Below, piece after piece: positions 21,951-35,089 of a DNA stretch of 64,000 bases; position 1 is the stretch's first letter; each line of letters begins with the position of its first letter. The stretch covers positions 34,906,001 through 34,970,000 of the forward strand of contig NC_043010.1 of the NCBI RefSeq assembly GCF_006345805.1, in the 5' to 3' direction. The notes beneath the pieces are model-generated. The model was not told where the DNA came from. It saw only the letters and a list, made by a program, of their open reading frames with translations, and did no database searches. Source of the stretch: Octopus sinensis (lineage: Eukaryota). The translations under genes were made by a program, and so were the position numbers.

Positions 21951-22729
21951 AGTAGTGTTGAAGGTACGACAATGCTAAACTGATGTCTCCTTCATTGCTA
22001 TTCAACAAATAAAATCTCATTAATTGTTGGCAAGGATACCGTATTTCATTATGGTGGCTATTTAAGCAATGTCTTCATGGTTGGCTATAGTGCTTGGATA
22101 AGAAAGAGCAATAACTCCTGAAACATGTGTATACACTCATTACCTTTTTGATTGCATTGTTTACATAGACATATTCATATATAAGCATCATAACTTTCAG
22201 TGTTGGCTCAAGTTCCAATAGAAAATCTGTAGAGATGACTTTAAAAAGTAAATAAAATCTTGTACCACTCACTTCACTTTCACTTTCAGTTCCCAATCAA
22301 AGGTTACTTCTGTTTGTTTGTTACTTGAGAAATGCACGAATGTCACCCAATTCTATTTCCTCTCTCTCTACATAAAATGAAAATATTAAATTATGAAATG
22401 CCAGACATAACACAGTGCTAGAATAAAAACTGTTTTAATTATTTACCTTCCAACTCCTAAGCTTTAAATTCAAGTCCCACTGTGATTAAAATTTGTTATT
22501 TTTCTTTTTTACTTTCATCCTTCCAGAGATCACTAAAATGAAAACCAATTCAATCGACTTCACCCTATTCTTAGAAATGTGTGCATTGTGCTAATGTAGT
22601 TTTCATACCTCTATCTCACATGTTCAAACCTTGCAAGGGTTCACATTATCTTCAGTATCTCTGGTTTCATTAAAAATCAATACCAGTAATAACCTTGTAC
22701 TCTTTCATAACAGTTTAGTAGAATCATTA

Positions 22730-22915
22730 GAACCTTGTGGTATTTAGTCATGTTCTGAGTTCAAATGCCACCAAGGTCAGCTTTGGCTTTCATCCTTCTG
22801 GAGTTGATAGAATAAAATACCAATTAAACACAAGGGTCAATGTAATTGATTTGCCCCCCCCCCACCGCTATCCTCAAAATTGCTGGCCTTTTGTGAAAAT
22901 TAGAAATAATTATCA
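22730..22915 (+). mobile_element. SINE family B, diverged
   Basis: GTTCTGAGTTCAAATGCC...CTTTGGCTTTCATCCTTCTGGAGTTGATAGAATAAAATACC. Confidence 0.7.
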
Positions 22916-24021
22916 TTAAGTCAATAGAAACAAGGTGTAGCACAATAAGCATGGTCTGAAACAAATTTGTATTTTATTGCAACCATTTACGTACTGGTAG
23001 AGGTGCATGACTTTGTGGTTAGGGCTTTGCACTCATGATTGTAAGATTGTGGTTTTGATTCCTGGACTGGGTGATCATCTTCACCAGTAGTGTATATATA
23101 TATATATATATATGCAACAGAACCCAGTAAACTGGTCGTATGAGACTATGGTTTAGGAAGGAACTTTGATCCTCTTTTTTATTTGTATTGAGTTCAATCC
23201 TATTTGAGTCAACTTTGATCTTCATCCCACCAAGGGGTCAATAAAATAAGTACCACTAATGCATTGTTAACTTAAATTAAAGCCAGGCCAAGTGCAGTTT
23301 TACTGTCCATTCCTCTGGAATCAATCATTTATTTTCTAGTGATGTCTTTCACAGACCACATTCTTCTGCTTGAATATTTGTTCTTTTCATTAGTCAGAAG
23401 TAACTCTTTATTCTAATGTCATAATCTGTCAACCCTAACATCATGCACAGTAATTCCACTGCTTATTATAATCAGCATCACCTCTAATTCTACTCATCAC
23501 TGTCAATGCCTCCATTGCTCAGCATCATACCTCCACTAATTTTCATCATCATCATCAGCTTCACAACTCACCATCGTCACATCCACTCTTTTATGCATAT
23601 GTGTTTAAGGATAATTTTGCACGTGTGGATTAGCACATATATATATATATGTATATACATACATACATACATACATACATACATACATACATACATACAT
23701 ACATACATACATACATACATACATACATGTATGCATAGGGTATGTGTATGGATGAATTTGAATAACTGCCTGTGTGGATACATATGCATGTTTACATATA
23801 TGAATGTCTATGTGGATGTTTGTGTGTGTGTGTCTAAATATGTGGTGGGAAAATGAACTAAAAGTACAAGTATGAATATTACAAGGTTCACTGCAAACTG
23901 ATAAAAATTTACATAACTACAGTATACTTAATTAACCCTATAACAACAACACCTACTACTATAATTTCCACTGCTGCTGGCACTATCACCACCACCACAA
24001 CTACCACCACCACCACCACTG

Positions 24022-24060
<39 letters not shown>

Positions 24061-24364
24061 TCACTTCCATTGCTGTTGCAGCTGTTACTTCTACAACTAC
24101 AGATGGTAAAGCAACAAACAGAATTGTTTTACCCTTCTTCATGTTCTCTAAGTTCAGTCTAATATACAAATGATTTGGCACATATTTTGGTAGAGAATGG
24201 ATTTTTTTTTCCTGACACATTTAAGTATGAGGAACAACATAAAGTTAAGGTGTTGGACTATTTATAGTCCCTTTTGCAATGTGTGGCCCCTATTATACAA
24301 CTTAATTTTCATCCCACCAGGTTGACTAGCAAAAAAAAAAAACCATCCTCATCCAGTCCACACA

Positions 24365-24620
24365 GTAAAGTTGTTGGCTTTTGGAAGAGCATCAAGCTGC
24401 AAAAACCATGCCAAAATTGACCTCACTTGTGCTGGTGCCACATAAAAAGCACTCTCTACTCTGCAGAGTGGTTGGTGTTAGGAAGGGTACCCAGCCATAA
24501 AAATCATACCAAAACAGACACAGAAGTCTGGTGCAGTCTTCTGCCTGGTCAGCTCCTATCAAAGCATCCAACCCATGCCATCATGGAAGGCGGACATTAA
24601 ACGATGATGGTGAATGATGA
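24365..24620 (+). mobile_element. RTE 3' tail fragment
   Basis: GGTTGGTGTTAGGAAGGGTACCCAGCC...CATCCAACCCATGCCATCATGGAAGGCGGACATTAAACGATGATG. Confidence 0.75.
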
Positions 24621-25059
24621 TGTGGTTACTTGACCTGCACAAAATAGCAGCCAAATCTCTCTTAAACTATGTGCTGTTGACATTAACAAGGTTACATTGA
24701 TATTATAATCTAAATTAGAGTATTTTATTTGTGTGGGCCCCACCAAAATTTTATATGAACCCCAGCTGAGAACCACTGATTTAGATGCTGATAGATCTAT
24801 GTCATATCCGTTCACTAGGCCATTTTAATTGTAGATAATACATAATAGAGGTGAAAGGAATTGAGGTGGTGGTGATTCAATGCTTGATACTGGACCAAAA
24901 GTAGAAAAGTGTAAGTCAGTGAAAACTTGCTTATTAGAGAGTCGAAGCTTTTCTGAGGAAAAGCAGGACAAGTTAAACAAGAAAGGACCCTCTTCGTCAG
25001 TATTTCTTAAGGTGTGGTGCCTGCCCTACTGGTGGGGCATGGTAATATTTTGGCAGGAG

Positions 25060-25280
25060 TTAAGATGGTGAGCTGGCAGAATTATAAGCAGTCTGGACAA
25101 AATGCTTAGAGGCATGCCATCCATCCTTACATTCTGAGTTCAAATTCCACTGAGGTCAACTTTGCCTTTTATCCTTTTGGGGTCATTAAAATAAATATCA
25201 GTCGAGCCCTGAGGCCAATACAATAGACTTATTCTCTTTCTCCAAACTTCTGGCCTTGTACCAAAATTTGGAACCAATAT
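25060..25280 (+). mobile_element. SINE family B
   Basis: GGTGAGCTGGCAGAATTATAAGC...CTGAGTTCAAATTCC...CTTTGCCTTTTATCCTTTTGGGGTC...GGAACCAATAT. Confidence 0.75.
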
Positions 25281-25362
25281 TTTGACATGATGTGGATTAC
25301 TTCAGAATGGTGTGAATAAAACTTGCAATAAAGTCTTAACTAAAACTTCTTTTGAAGATATA

Positions 25363-25946
25363 CAGTAATGCCTTGAAATATGAGTTAATTTATTCCCAGA
25401 CACCGCTTGTAAAGTGAAAACTCGTAAAGCAGAGCAATAATTTCCCATAGCAGCAATGTTATAAATCGTAATTCATTCCCATAAAAATATTTTACCAATA
25501 AAACTTATAATACTCATAAATAAATGGCAATAAAACAACAGTAGAATGTGAAGAATATTTTATGTAAAGTAAAAAGACTGTTGAGATCATTTGTAATAAG
25601 AAATACTATTTTTATAATCATTTGCTGAATCACTTTCACTCACACAAGACTTGCACACACCATCACTTGTAGACTGATTCACAAGCACTCATAGATGGAC
25701 TTGTAGATTTCTTTTTAAAAAACAAGTCTAGAGCTGTTTGCTTAGAAGAAGCTTTTTTTCTCTCTCTTTAAATTTCTTGGTAACACACAGAAGCATTTGT
25801 TATGTTAGTAGAAACTTTTGCACTTCGTTCAAAATTTGAATCTTGTGCTTGTAAAATTTCAGCTCACCATACAAAAGTGAGCTGAAAAATAAAACTTGTA
25901 AATCCAGGGTCTCGTAAAGCAGGTCCTTGTAAAGTGAGGTATTACT
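25363..25946. mobile_element. Tigger/pogo-like MITE whose right terminus is split by a SINE A insertion (final CTG-TA at 26358-26362)
   Basis: Left TA|CAGTAATGCCTTGA; right GTGAGGTATTACT; internal repeated CTYGTAAAG motifs typical of Tigger-like subterminal repeats. Confidence 0.6.
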
Positions 25947-26137
25947 CTTTTACTTGTTTCAGTCATTTGACTGTGGCCATGCTGGAGCACCACCTTTAGT
26001 CGAGCAAATCGACCCCAGGACTTATTCTTTGTAAGCCTAGTACTTATTCTATCGGTCTCTTTTGCCGAACCACTAAGTTACAGGGATGTAAACACAGCAG
26101 CATCAGTTGTCAAGCGATGTTGGGGGTACAAACACAG

Positions 26138-26184
<47 letters not shown>

Positions 26185-26335
26185 TACATACATACATACA
26201 TATATATGACGGGCTTCTTTCAGTTTCCGTCTACCAATTCCACTCACAAGGCTTTGGTCGGCCTGAGGCTATAGTAGAAGATACTTGCCCAAGGTGCCAC
26301 AGAGTGGGACCGAACCTGGAACCATGTGGTTGGGG
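25942..26335 (-). mobile_element. SINE family A, young, 5'-truncated
   Basis: Near-consensus family A sequence with internal (CA)n(CATA)n. Confidence 0.9.
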
Positions 26336-26909
26336 AGTTCAGTCCCACTGCGTGACACTGTATATGTTTTATACTAACTTTATCTGTTTGTGGTGGGGCG
26401 CTCTTTTTTTTTTCTTGGAAAACTGTAAAGGTGCAAGGGACAAAAGAGGTTCAGAAAACCTGCTCTTCATAGTCACTCAAAGAAAATAGAAACAAAAAGA
26501 AGTAAATCACTGTGAAATTGCATCCAGCCAACTTGAAAATTGAAGGATATATTCTAAAATGTAGTGCTAAACATACAACAGGTGGGATGGTCATGGATGG
26601 AACTCTGTCGATCATAGCTCTACTCAATCAGGATTGACTTAAAAATAAACAACAAACTAATTAAGAATATAAGGTGTTGACCTTTTATGTTCTAGGTAAA
26701 ACCTCCCTAAGCCATGTTGTTGAGCAAGTACTTCAACCCTCTCAATAAATCAAGGTTGTAAGTATAGGTGGTGGGTCAAATATCCATCCACTGAACATCA
26801 TTAGCCTCCTATGATTCCTGCATCAATTGGTGCAGTATGATGAGTGTGTCTCCTCCAACTATCCACACTACCACTACCGATGTTATCAATATAACTACCT
26901 GTAATATTG

Positions 26910-27120
26910 ATTTCAAATTTTAGCACAAGGCCAGCAATTTTGGAGATTAGAAAATTCAATAACAGTTCCCAGTTCTCAGCTGGTGCTTATTTTATCAACC
27001 CCAAAAGGATGCAAGACAAAGTTGAGCTCTGCGGAATTTGAACTCAGAATGGAAAGATGGACAAAATGCTTAGCAGCATTTTGCCTGGCTTGCTAATGAT
27101 TCTGCCAGTTTGCCACCTTA
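26910..27120 (-). mobile_element. SINE family B
   Basis: TTTCAAATTTTAGCACAAGGCC...GGAATTTGAACTCAGAA...TTCTGCCAGTTTGCCACCTT. Confidence 0.75.
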
Positions 27121-27458
27121 ACAACCTATAATATTACTACTACTGCTAGTAATACAGTACATTTATAGCATTTATAGCTATACGCACACCCCACACATAT
27201 ATATCAATATATTTATACACACATTTATATATTCTATATATATTCCTGTTATAGTGATGGGGGTGGTGATGGTCACAACCATCACCACCCCCATCACTAC
27301 ACACAATCCTATTTCAGACTTCATCTTGCTTACCCTACAGCGACTTTTCACTTTTACTGGTCTTCTCTCTTTCATCATCACTCTACATGTCATTCCATTA
27401 GTCTGCCTCACAATATACTCTTATTAATTCACAACACACACACACTTGCATGCACATG

Positions 27459-27505
<47 letters not shown>

Positions 27506-29032
27506 TTACAGTGCTTAATTATGGTAAACTTTTTCAGGAAAACAATATAGAATATCAGGTACCACAGGAAACTCCTTTACATATCCACCTCTGCCACCAC
27601 CATCTCTTGTCAACCACTGACATTACCATCACTACCATCAAAAATAGTACCAATGGCATGACTCCCCACCATCATTACTACCACCACCACCACAACCACC
27701 ACCCTTATTTCTACCATGGCCCTGCACCACCACCAATAATGTCACCATTACTAACATCATTAACTGCATCATCACAAATTCCCTTTATATTACTTCATGT
27801 CAGCTGATTCAATCCTAGCTCAGCACTTATCCTCCTACCCTACCACAGGAACGTGAGGGTGGGTTTGGCAGAGTCACATACCTGGGTACTTCTTTACTGT
27901 TGTCTTCTTCACCCTTCTCCCCACCCCACAGTCTTTCATGTATAGAAAGATATCCAATAACTACCCTAACATCCCAGCCAGCCATAGCTAATGAAGTGTT
28001 CATCCCGACTTTTCCTTATCTTCCTCCTCATCATCATCCTTACTCTTGCAGCTATCACCATCATCACCATCTCCCATACCATACTCTCACAATCATCACT
28101 GCTACCACTGCCACCACCACAGCCATCAACCCTATCGTCACCATCATCATTATCATCATCCCAGGAATCATCATCATCACTACTGCCATCATATAAACAT
28201 CATCACCACTGAAATTTCACCACAACCACCACCATAACCACTACTACTACAACCATCATTATTGCACTAACTGTCTTGATGTTAATGGCAGCAAGGGTGG
28301 TGAAGTACATGGTTCAGGTAGGAGCTGAGATTAAGGTTTGAGAAGGAAGGAAGAAAGGAATCTTCGTGTTGGAATTACCATTATTGCTATCCTTGAAAAA
28401 TTATTGTGAAAAAAGAGGGCAATAATGCACGAGTTATTTCTCAGAATTGAAGCTTTGATGGCACTAATTTTCACTCGCCACAACCTTCTTGTTAATGGTA
28501 CTCCCACCACCTATTCCTCTTTGATGGTATTCTGTCTTCCCTTACACCTTCCTGCCCACCTCTACACTGATGGTATTTTTTTCCTCCTCCACCAGCATCT
28601 TGATATTCTTCCCTGTCTGCTCCTTAATGGTATTCTCTCTCCCCTTTCCACCACCTCATTATACATATTCTTCCCTTCCTCTTCCTTGTAGGTATTCCAG
28701 TCCCTCCTGATACTAACCAGGATTTTCCCCCACTATTCCCATTGCAAAGTGGTGTTTTGGTAAGAAGGTGTTCACAACATCTCAGGATACCTGGCAACAG
28801 TAGTCAAGAAAATCTGTACTAAATCTCAGATGATCTAAAGATGAAAGCCACACAGAGGCTGTAGTGATTAAAGATAGAGAATGCCTCATATACTAAGAAT
28901 GTGGTGTATAATATCCAGTTATCAAATATTATGTGGATAATACACAACAGTCATGGTATATTGAAGGATTATAGATATACCAATATTACCTAGATTATTA
29001 TACCACATCATTTAACTACAATATCATATATA

Positions 29033-29245
29033 TCATCACCATCATCATCTTTTAACATCTATTTTCCATGTTGGCATGGGTTAAATGGTTTCACTGGAAC
29101 TGGTAAGCTGGAGAGCTGTGCCAGGCTCCAATCTGAGCTGACATGGTTTCTAGGGCTGGATGCCCTTCCTAATGCCAACCACTCCAAGAGTGAAGTAGGT
29201 GCTTTTTATGCATCACAGGCAAGGAATGCTTTTATGTGTCACCTT
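29033..29245 (-). mobile_element. RTE 3' tail joined head-to-head to a SINE A copy
   Basis: (CAT)n...TTTTCCATGTTGGCATGGG...GGATGCCCTTCCTAATGCCAACCACTCC. Confidence 0.75.
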
Positions 29246-29247
29246 CC

Positions 29248-29343
29248 GGGTTCAGTCCCACTGTGTGGCACCTTGGGCAAGTGTCTTCTACTATAGCCTC
29301 AGGTCAACCAAAGGATTTGGTAAAAGGAAACTGAAAAGATCAT

Positions 29344-29390
<47 letters not shown>

Positions 29391-29583
29391 GTATATATAA
29401 ATGTATGTATGTTTTTGCGTGTTTGTGTTTGTCACCCACCATCACTTGACAACCAATGTTGCCGTGTTTATGTACCCATAACTTTGTGGTTTGGCAAAAG
29501 AGAATCAGTGCTGGAGTGTTGATTTTTTTGACGAAAGGTGATGCTCCTGCATGGCCACAGTCAAATGACTGAAACAAGAAGAT
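29248..29583 (+). mobile_element. SINE family A, 5'-truncated
   Basis: GGGTTCAGTCCCACTGTGTGGCACCTTGGGCAAGTGTCTTCTACTATAGCC...GCATGGCCACAGTCAAATGACTGAAACAAG. Confidence 0.8.
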
Positions 29584-29679
29584 TTACATATATATATATA
29601 TATACATATACCTATACACATGTGTATATGTATATACATACATGCATACATACGTACATACATGTATGTATGTATGTAG

Positions 29680-29876
29680 GCCAGCAATTTTAGGAGAGGG
29701 GAGAAGTCGATTACATTGACCCCCCCAGCACTCAACTGGTACTTATTTTATCAACTTTGAAAAGATGAAAGGCAAAGTAGACTTCAGCAGAATTTGAACT
29801 CAGAACATAAAATCAGACGACATGACACCAAGCATTTTGCCCTGCATGCAAATGATCCTGCTAGCTCACTACCTTA
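29680..29876 (-). mobile_element. SINE family B
   Basis: GGCCAGCAATTTTAGGAGAGGGG...AACTGGTACTTATTTTATC...GAATTTGAACTCAGAAC. Confidence 0.75.
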
Positions 29877-30328
29877 TATATTAGTATCATATTAGTGTCA
29901 TATATTACACCAGTTTTGCATTGATTTTACACTTGAGCCATATTATCCTGTAGTTACTATCATATACACGAATATTATGATGATGATGATAAATCTTGGT
30001 GAGTGGTTCTGGTAGCTAAAACTGAAAAAGGCCCACTTTTTATGATGAGTGTGAGTGTGTGCATGTGTATGTATAACATGTGTGTATGTATTACATGTGT
30101 GTGTGTGTGTATTACATGTGTGTGTGTGTGCCTCCTTTTCATGTTACCAAACAATAACTTATAAATGAGAGTTGCCATAATACATATGGTGTTATTTTCA
30201 AACTTCCAGGTAAACATGCCTGGTCATAAGGAAATATAATCAGTGAATTGTCTGATGCACATATAAGAAAGTGGATGTTTAATAAAAATTAACCGACAGA
30301 CAGAGAGACACACACTCACATACATACA

Positions 30329-30359
<31 letters not shown>

Positions 30360-31648
30360 GTACATACATACATGGGGCAAACAGAATTCACTGAAGCAGA
30401 TTTTCTATAGACCAGTGCTCCTCCTGCCTGTTTCCAAATAAGGTTGTATTTACTCATGACCAGAGATGTTTTCATGGAAGATTTGAAATGAAAAACATCT
30501 ATCATGTGTAGTCAAGAAGAGGAAGCACAAAAACACACACGGAGTTACAGTATATTGTAATATGATATGTACAACTATCAGTATCATGTGATATCCTCAC
30601 ACAGACATAGCATATTGCACCATTAAGATGTTCAAAGAGGGACAACACCATTGGTCAAATCCTTTGTTGGAAACCTCCAGAATAAGTTATCCCCATTTGG
30701 TCTGGGTTTGACAACCAGCACTTCACCTGTGGCCCCAAGAAGCTATAACATGTGCAATGGCCATACTGTGGTAAACTATTTTGACAAACAAACTAAGCAC
30801 AATCAGGATAGCTGTCAGGTCTCAAACTGTTGGTGAGTTATGTGTATATCTGAACATATGAATACTGAATTCTAGGAAACAGAGCAAACAAGAACAATAG
30901 ATACAGGAGTAAAAAAAAAAGCAGTTTCACTAAGCGTTGTGAAGTCTTGGTCATTTATTGTGTCCCTGTCTACCTTCAACTACCTTGACTTTGTCTTACC
31001 CCGGACCATAGAGTGAGGCTGACATTTCAGTAAGAGTGAGTTTACCCTGATTTAAATACAATTTACACACAAGCCATGATGACATCATATGTTAGGATGG
31101 TTATCATCACATACACAGATGCACAATATCATATACACAAAATCAATATTACCTTCATATCGCAACATAGTCAACTTATTTCCCAGTCGGTTTTCATATC
31201 ACAACACAGTCAACTTATTTCCTTGTTGGTTGGATCTAAATAAGACAGAACCTCATAATTTCATATCTAATCAGGTATTCCAGTCGTCCACTACAACATA
31301 AACATAGCTACAAGTATTCCACTTTAGACAGTATAAAGAAAAAAAGTCATATCTCAAAGAAATAGGAAGTGGAGTTGGTGGGAAGAGAAACAAAATAAAT
31401 GGGATTGGCATTACAGGTAGGTCACAATATTGCAGCTAAATCATGCAGGCATTTACAATGTTTGTGTGTGTGTCTTGTTACTTTTTCTTCCTTGTTGAGA
31501 CAGCTTACCTTTAACAGTATTTTTTTTTTGCAGTGGGGGAGAAGGGATAAGGAAATTGCACATCAATGAGATCATTCGATTCTCATGCTTGTATATTAAG
31601 TATACACTTACATATGTAAACACACGTACACACATATACATGTACTTT

Positions 31649-31684
<36 letters not shown>

Positions 31685-32114
31685 TGTAAACACATATTTG
31701 TATATGAATAAATATGTTAAGGTTTTAATACAGAAATCAACATATATATAACAAAGCACACAACATACATATGTATAGAGTCGCATATGTACATAAATGC
31801 TTAAATTTATTCATATATATACTCTTATATAAATATACACACACACACACACACATATACACACAAACATACACACACATACATATACACACATGCACAC
31901 ACACACACACATATATACATATATGCGTACATACACAAATTTATACACACACACATGTGTTTGTGGTGTGTGTGAATTTACATATGTTTACCCACAGACA
32001 CAAACGTATACATAAAAGCAGGCAGAGACATAATCACACTCACTCATACAGGATTTGAACACCTCTTTGAATTGCACATACTAAACATAGGATAAAAAAA
32101 GTAATAATAATAAT

Positions 32115-32252
32115 GGCTTCTAATTTAGGCACAAAACCAGCTATTTTTGAGGGGATGGGATTAGTTGGTGCTGTCGACCGTAGTACTTGACAGGTACTTT
32201 ATTTTATTTTATGGACTTAAAGGATGAAAGGTAAAGTTGACCTTGGATGATG

Positions 32253-32305
<53 letters not shown>

Positions 32306-32519
32306 CCTTTCCTCTGGAGGTAGAAGATCTCAAATTTGTGGAGTGGCGACTAGTTGATTATATCAATTCCAGTATTTCACTGGTACTTAATTTATTGACC
32401 CCGAAAGGATGAAAGGCAAAGTCGACCTCGGTGGAATTTGAACTCAGAACATAACAATGGGTGAAATACCGCTAAGCATTTGGTCCAGCACACTAACGAT
32501 TCTGCCAGCTCACAGCCTT
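32115..32519 (-). mobile_element. Two tandem SINE family B copies (32115-32246, 32306-32519) separated by (AAT)n
   Basis: The second copy is near consensus: GACCCCGAAAGGATGAAAGGCAAAGTCGACCTCGGTGGAATTTGAACTCAG. Confidence 0.8.
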
Positions 32520-32562
32520 AATAATAATGATGATAATATTGACAATTACAGGAGAAAGAAGC

Positions 32563-32922
32563 AAAAGAAAGAAGGAAGGAAGGGAAGAAGAAGAAGAAGA
32601 AGAAGAAAGAGAAGGAGAGAAAGAAGAAAGAGGAGAGAAAGAAAAGAAAGAAGAAGAAGAAAAAGGAGAGAAAGAAGAAGAGAAGGGGAGAAAGAAGAAG
32701 AAAAGGGAGAGAAAGAATAAGAAAGAGAAGGGGAGGAAGAAGAAAAAGAAGAAAAAGGAGAGAAAGAAGAAAGAGAAGGGGAGAAAGAAGAAAAAGAAAA
32801 AGGAGAGAAAGAAGAAGAACAAGAAGGGGAGAAAGAAGAAGAAAAAGAAGAAAAAGGAGAGAAAGAAGAAGAAAGAGAAGGGGAGAAAAAAAGAAGAAGA
32901 AGAAGAAGAAGAAGAAAAGAGA
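32563..32922 (+). repeat. 360-nt polypurine tract (GAA/GGAGA units)
   Basis: Only two pyrimidines seen (32718, 32820). Confidence 0.85.
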
Positions 32923-33447
32923 ATGAGAAGGAGGAAGACAGCAGATGTGAAAAAGAAGAAGACAAGGAAAAATGAACAAAAAGAAAATGAGTAAGAAGAA
33001 AACTGACTGACTCAAATTATGAGTAACAATTCCTTTATTTACATTGGAGTGGTGGGGGGTGATAATGTTTATATTAAAGTGAATGAAACCTGTACCCAGT
33101 TATCTTCCCTTCCCCTACAACTAACATTACGTCATCAATGATAACAACCAGTCTACATACGCCCACCCATAAACCTATCTAAAATACTACACACACAAAC
33201 ACATGATGAACAAATGAAGGCACCTCAACATGGTTATTTGATCAGTTAGAATTAGTAGCTAAATCTCAAAAATCACAACCTTTCAGCTAAAAATAAAATA
33301 TTAAAAAAAGACCACAATGAATAATGTTCTACCAGATACATTATGTTTGAAAGTAATATGGGATGGTCATGGTTGGAATACCTCTAATCATAAATCTGTT
33401 TACTCAAAAGTTAAACAACACACAACAAATGTATGTGTCCATTATAC

Positions 33448-33660
33448 TGGTTTCGAATTTTCACACAAGGCCAGCAATTTCCAAGGAGTGGGCCAGTCGA
33501 TTACATTGTCCCAGTATTTAACTGGTACTTATTTTATCAACCCTGAAAAGATGAAAGGTAAAGTCGACCTCAACAGTATTTGAACTCAGAATGTGAAGAT
33601 GGATGAAATGCCACTATGCATATTGCCCAGTATGCTAACAATTCTGCTAGCTTACTGCCT
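33448..33660 (-). mobile_element. SINE family B
   Basis: GGTTTCGAATTTTCACACAAGGCCAGC...AACTGGTACTTATTTTATCAACCCTGAAAAGATGAAAGG. Confidence 0.8.
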
Positions 33661-35089
33661 CGTATCCATTTTGTTAATTTTCAGTTGGATGAAGTCTGGA
33701 ATATATGAGCCATGGTATTAAAGACAGTAAAATCATTCTGCTAACTCACTACCATTTAATAATGTTTTCTTGATCCAGTATTGAAGCACTCTATACAATC
33801 ACTTGACCAGCTAGTTGTAGCAGCCAAATTATACCTCAAATTACATTGTTATTGATGTTTTACACTGACATTCTGTGACAGGTCAACACAATCCAAGTCA
33901 GTTCTTTGAAGTAACTGTGCTCCAAAATGGATCGAGAATCCTGCCACATTCATAAATTCTATTTTTGGTATGGTTTTGAATGGTTGGACATCCTTCCTAG
34001 CACCAACCATTTTACACAGTACACTGAGTGCGTTTTAATGTGGCACTAGCATTAGACAAGTTGTCATGTCTTTGACAAAATTAAAGGGTCCCCCTGACCC
34101 TTCGTGGATTTGCTCATTAGCCAACCACTTTACAGAGTGTACAGGGCACATTTTATCATAACACCAGTCTTTGTGAGGTTGTCTTGTATTCCACTGAGAT
34201 AAAAGAATCTTCACAGCTCTATTTTGTTTCTGTTCACTATGAACATAAAAGAATAGTAGGAAACATTGAATAATGACTGAATTCAAGATGAGATGGTCAC
34301 AGTTTAATACAGCTGACCAGATGTCTGCTTGATTATGGCTGACTTGGGGTTAAATACAACAGCAATATTTTTGTATGGTTCACAACTTTTTAGGAGAATG
34401 ATGAAATGAAATTGAATCTTATTTAAATGATGCCAAAGGAATAAAAAAAAATATTACACTTGTAGAATTTGAACCTAGCATCAAAATTAAACACTGGGTA
34501 CTGCCCTAATGTTAAATTTCTCTCCTACATGGCAAAAAAATTTATTCTAGTTAGCAAATTTGTACTTAACTGTTTGCTGATACAGACCAAAAGCTAGTTT
34601 TTTATATTTTAGATCAGAAGTAGAAAACATTTTCATGTTGAAAAGCCATATTGAAGTTAATTGCCGTCTGTCAAGGACTCGTTTCAAAGACGTTTGCTAC
34701 TGTCAAACCTATTGTTTATATAAAAACCCCAACAAAATGTATAAAAAGAACAGAGTTTCAAAATAAGCAGCTCTATTGCAACTGTTTTATTTATTATGTT
34801 TTCATTTTCCTCAGATCTTTATGTTTTTAACATAAATGTAATTATTTTAAACATGTAATTACAATTGTAGATAAAGAAATTTAAATAAATAAACGTTTCT
34901 AAAATTTGCAATTTGTGGAAAAGAGTCTTTTTAAATAGAATTATATCAACGATATATATCAAAGATAATGATTTTCTCTGAAATCTTGTGTTTCTTTAAG
35001 AAGGCTGCACTTTGTCCTTCAAAAGGTAACATGTTTCCCATGGACTCTCCTGCTGAAGATAACATATGTGTGTTTAGATTTTGCACAAA

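Larger units (their letters stand above)
19100..21960. repeat. ~2.9-kb trinucleotide low-complexity domain (GGT/GTA/GGA and ACC/CAC/AAC) containing a ~51-bp minisatellite at 19371-19560
   Basis: Read directly from the sequence; G-rich and C-rich blocks alternate on the + strand. Confidence 0.85.

Noticed and set aside
32457-33015. Lys/Glu/Arg-rich and Phe/Ser/Leu-rich ORFs of 87-165 aa
   Set aside because: A purine-only strand cannot contain stop codons; these are compositional artefacts.
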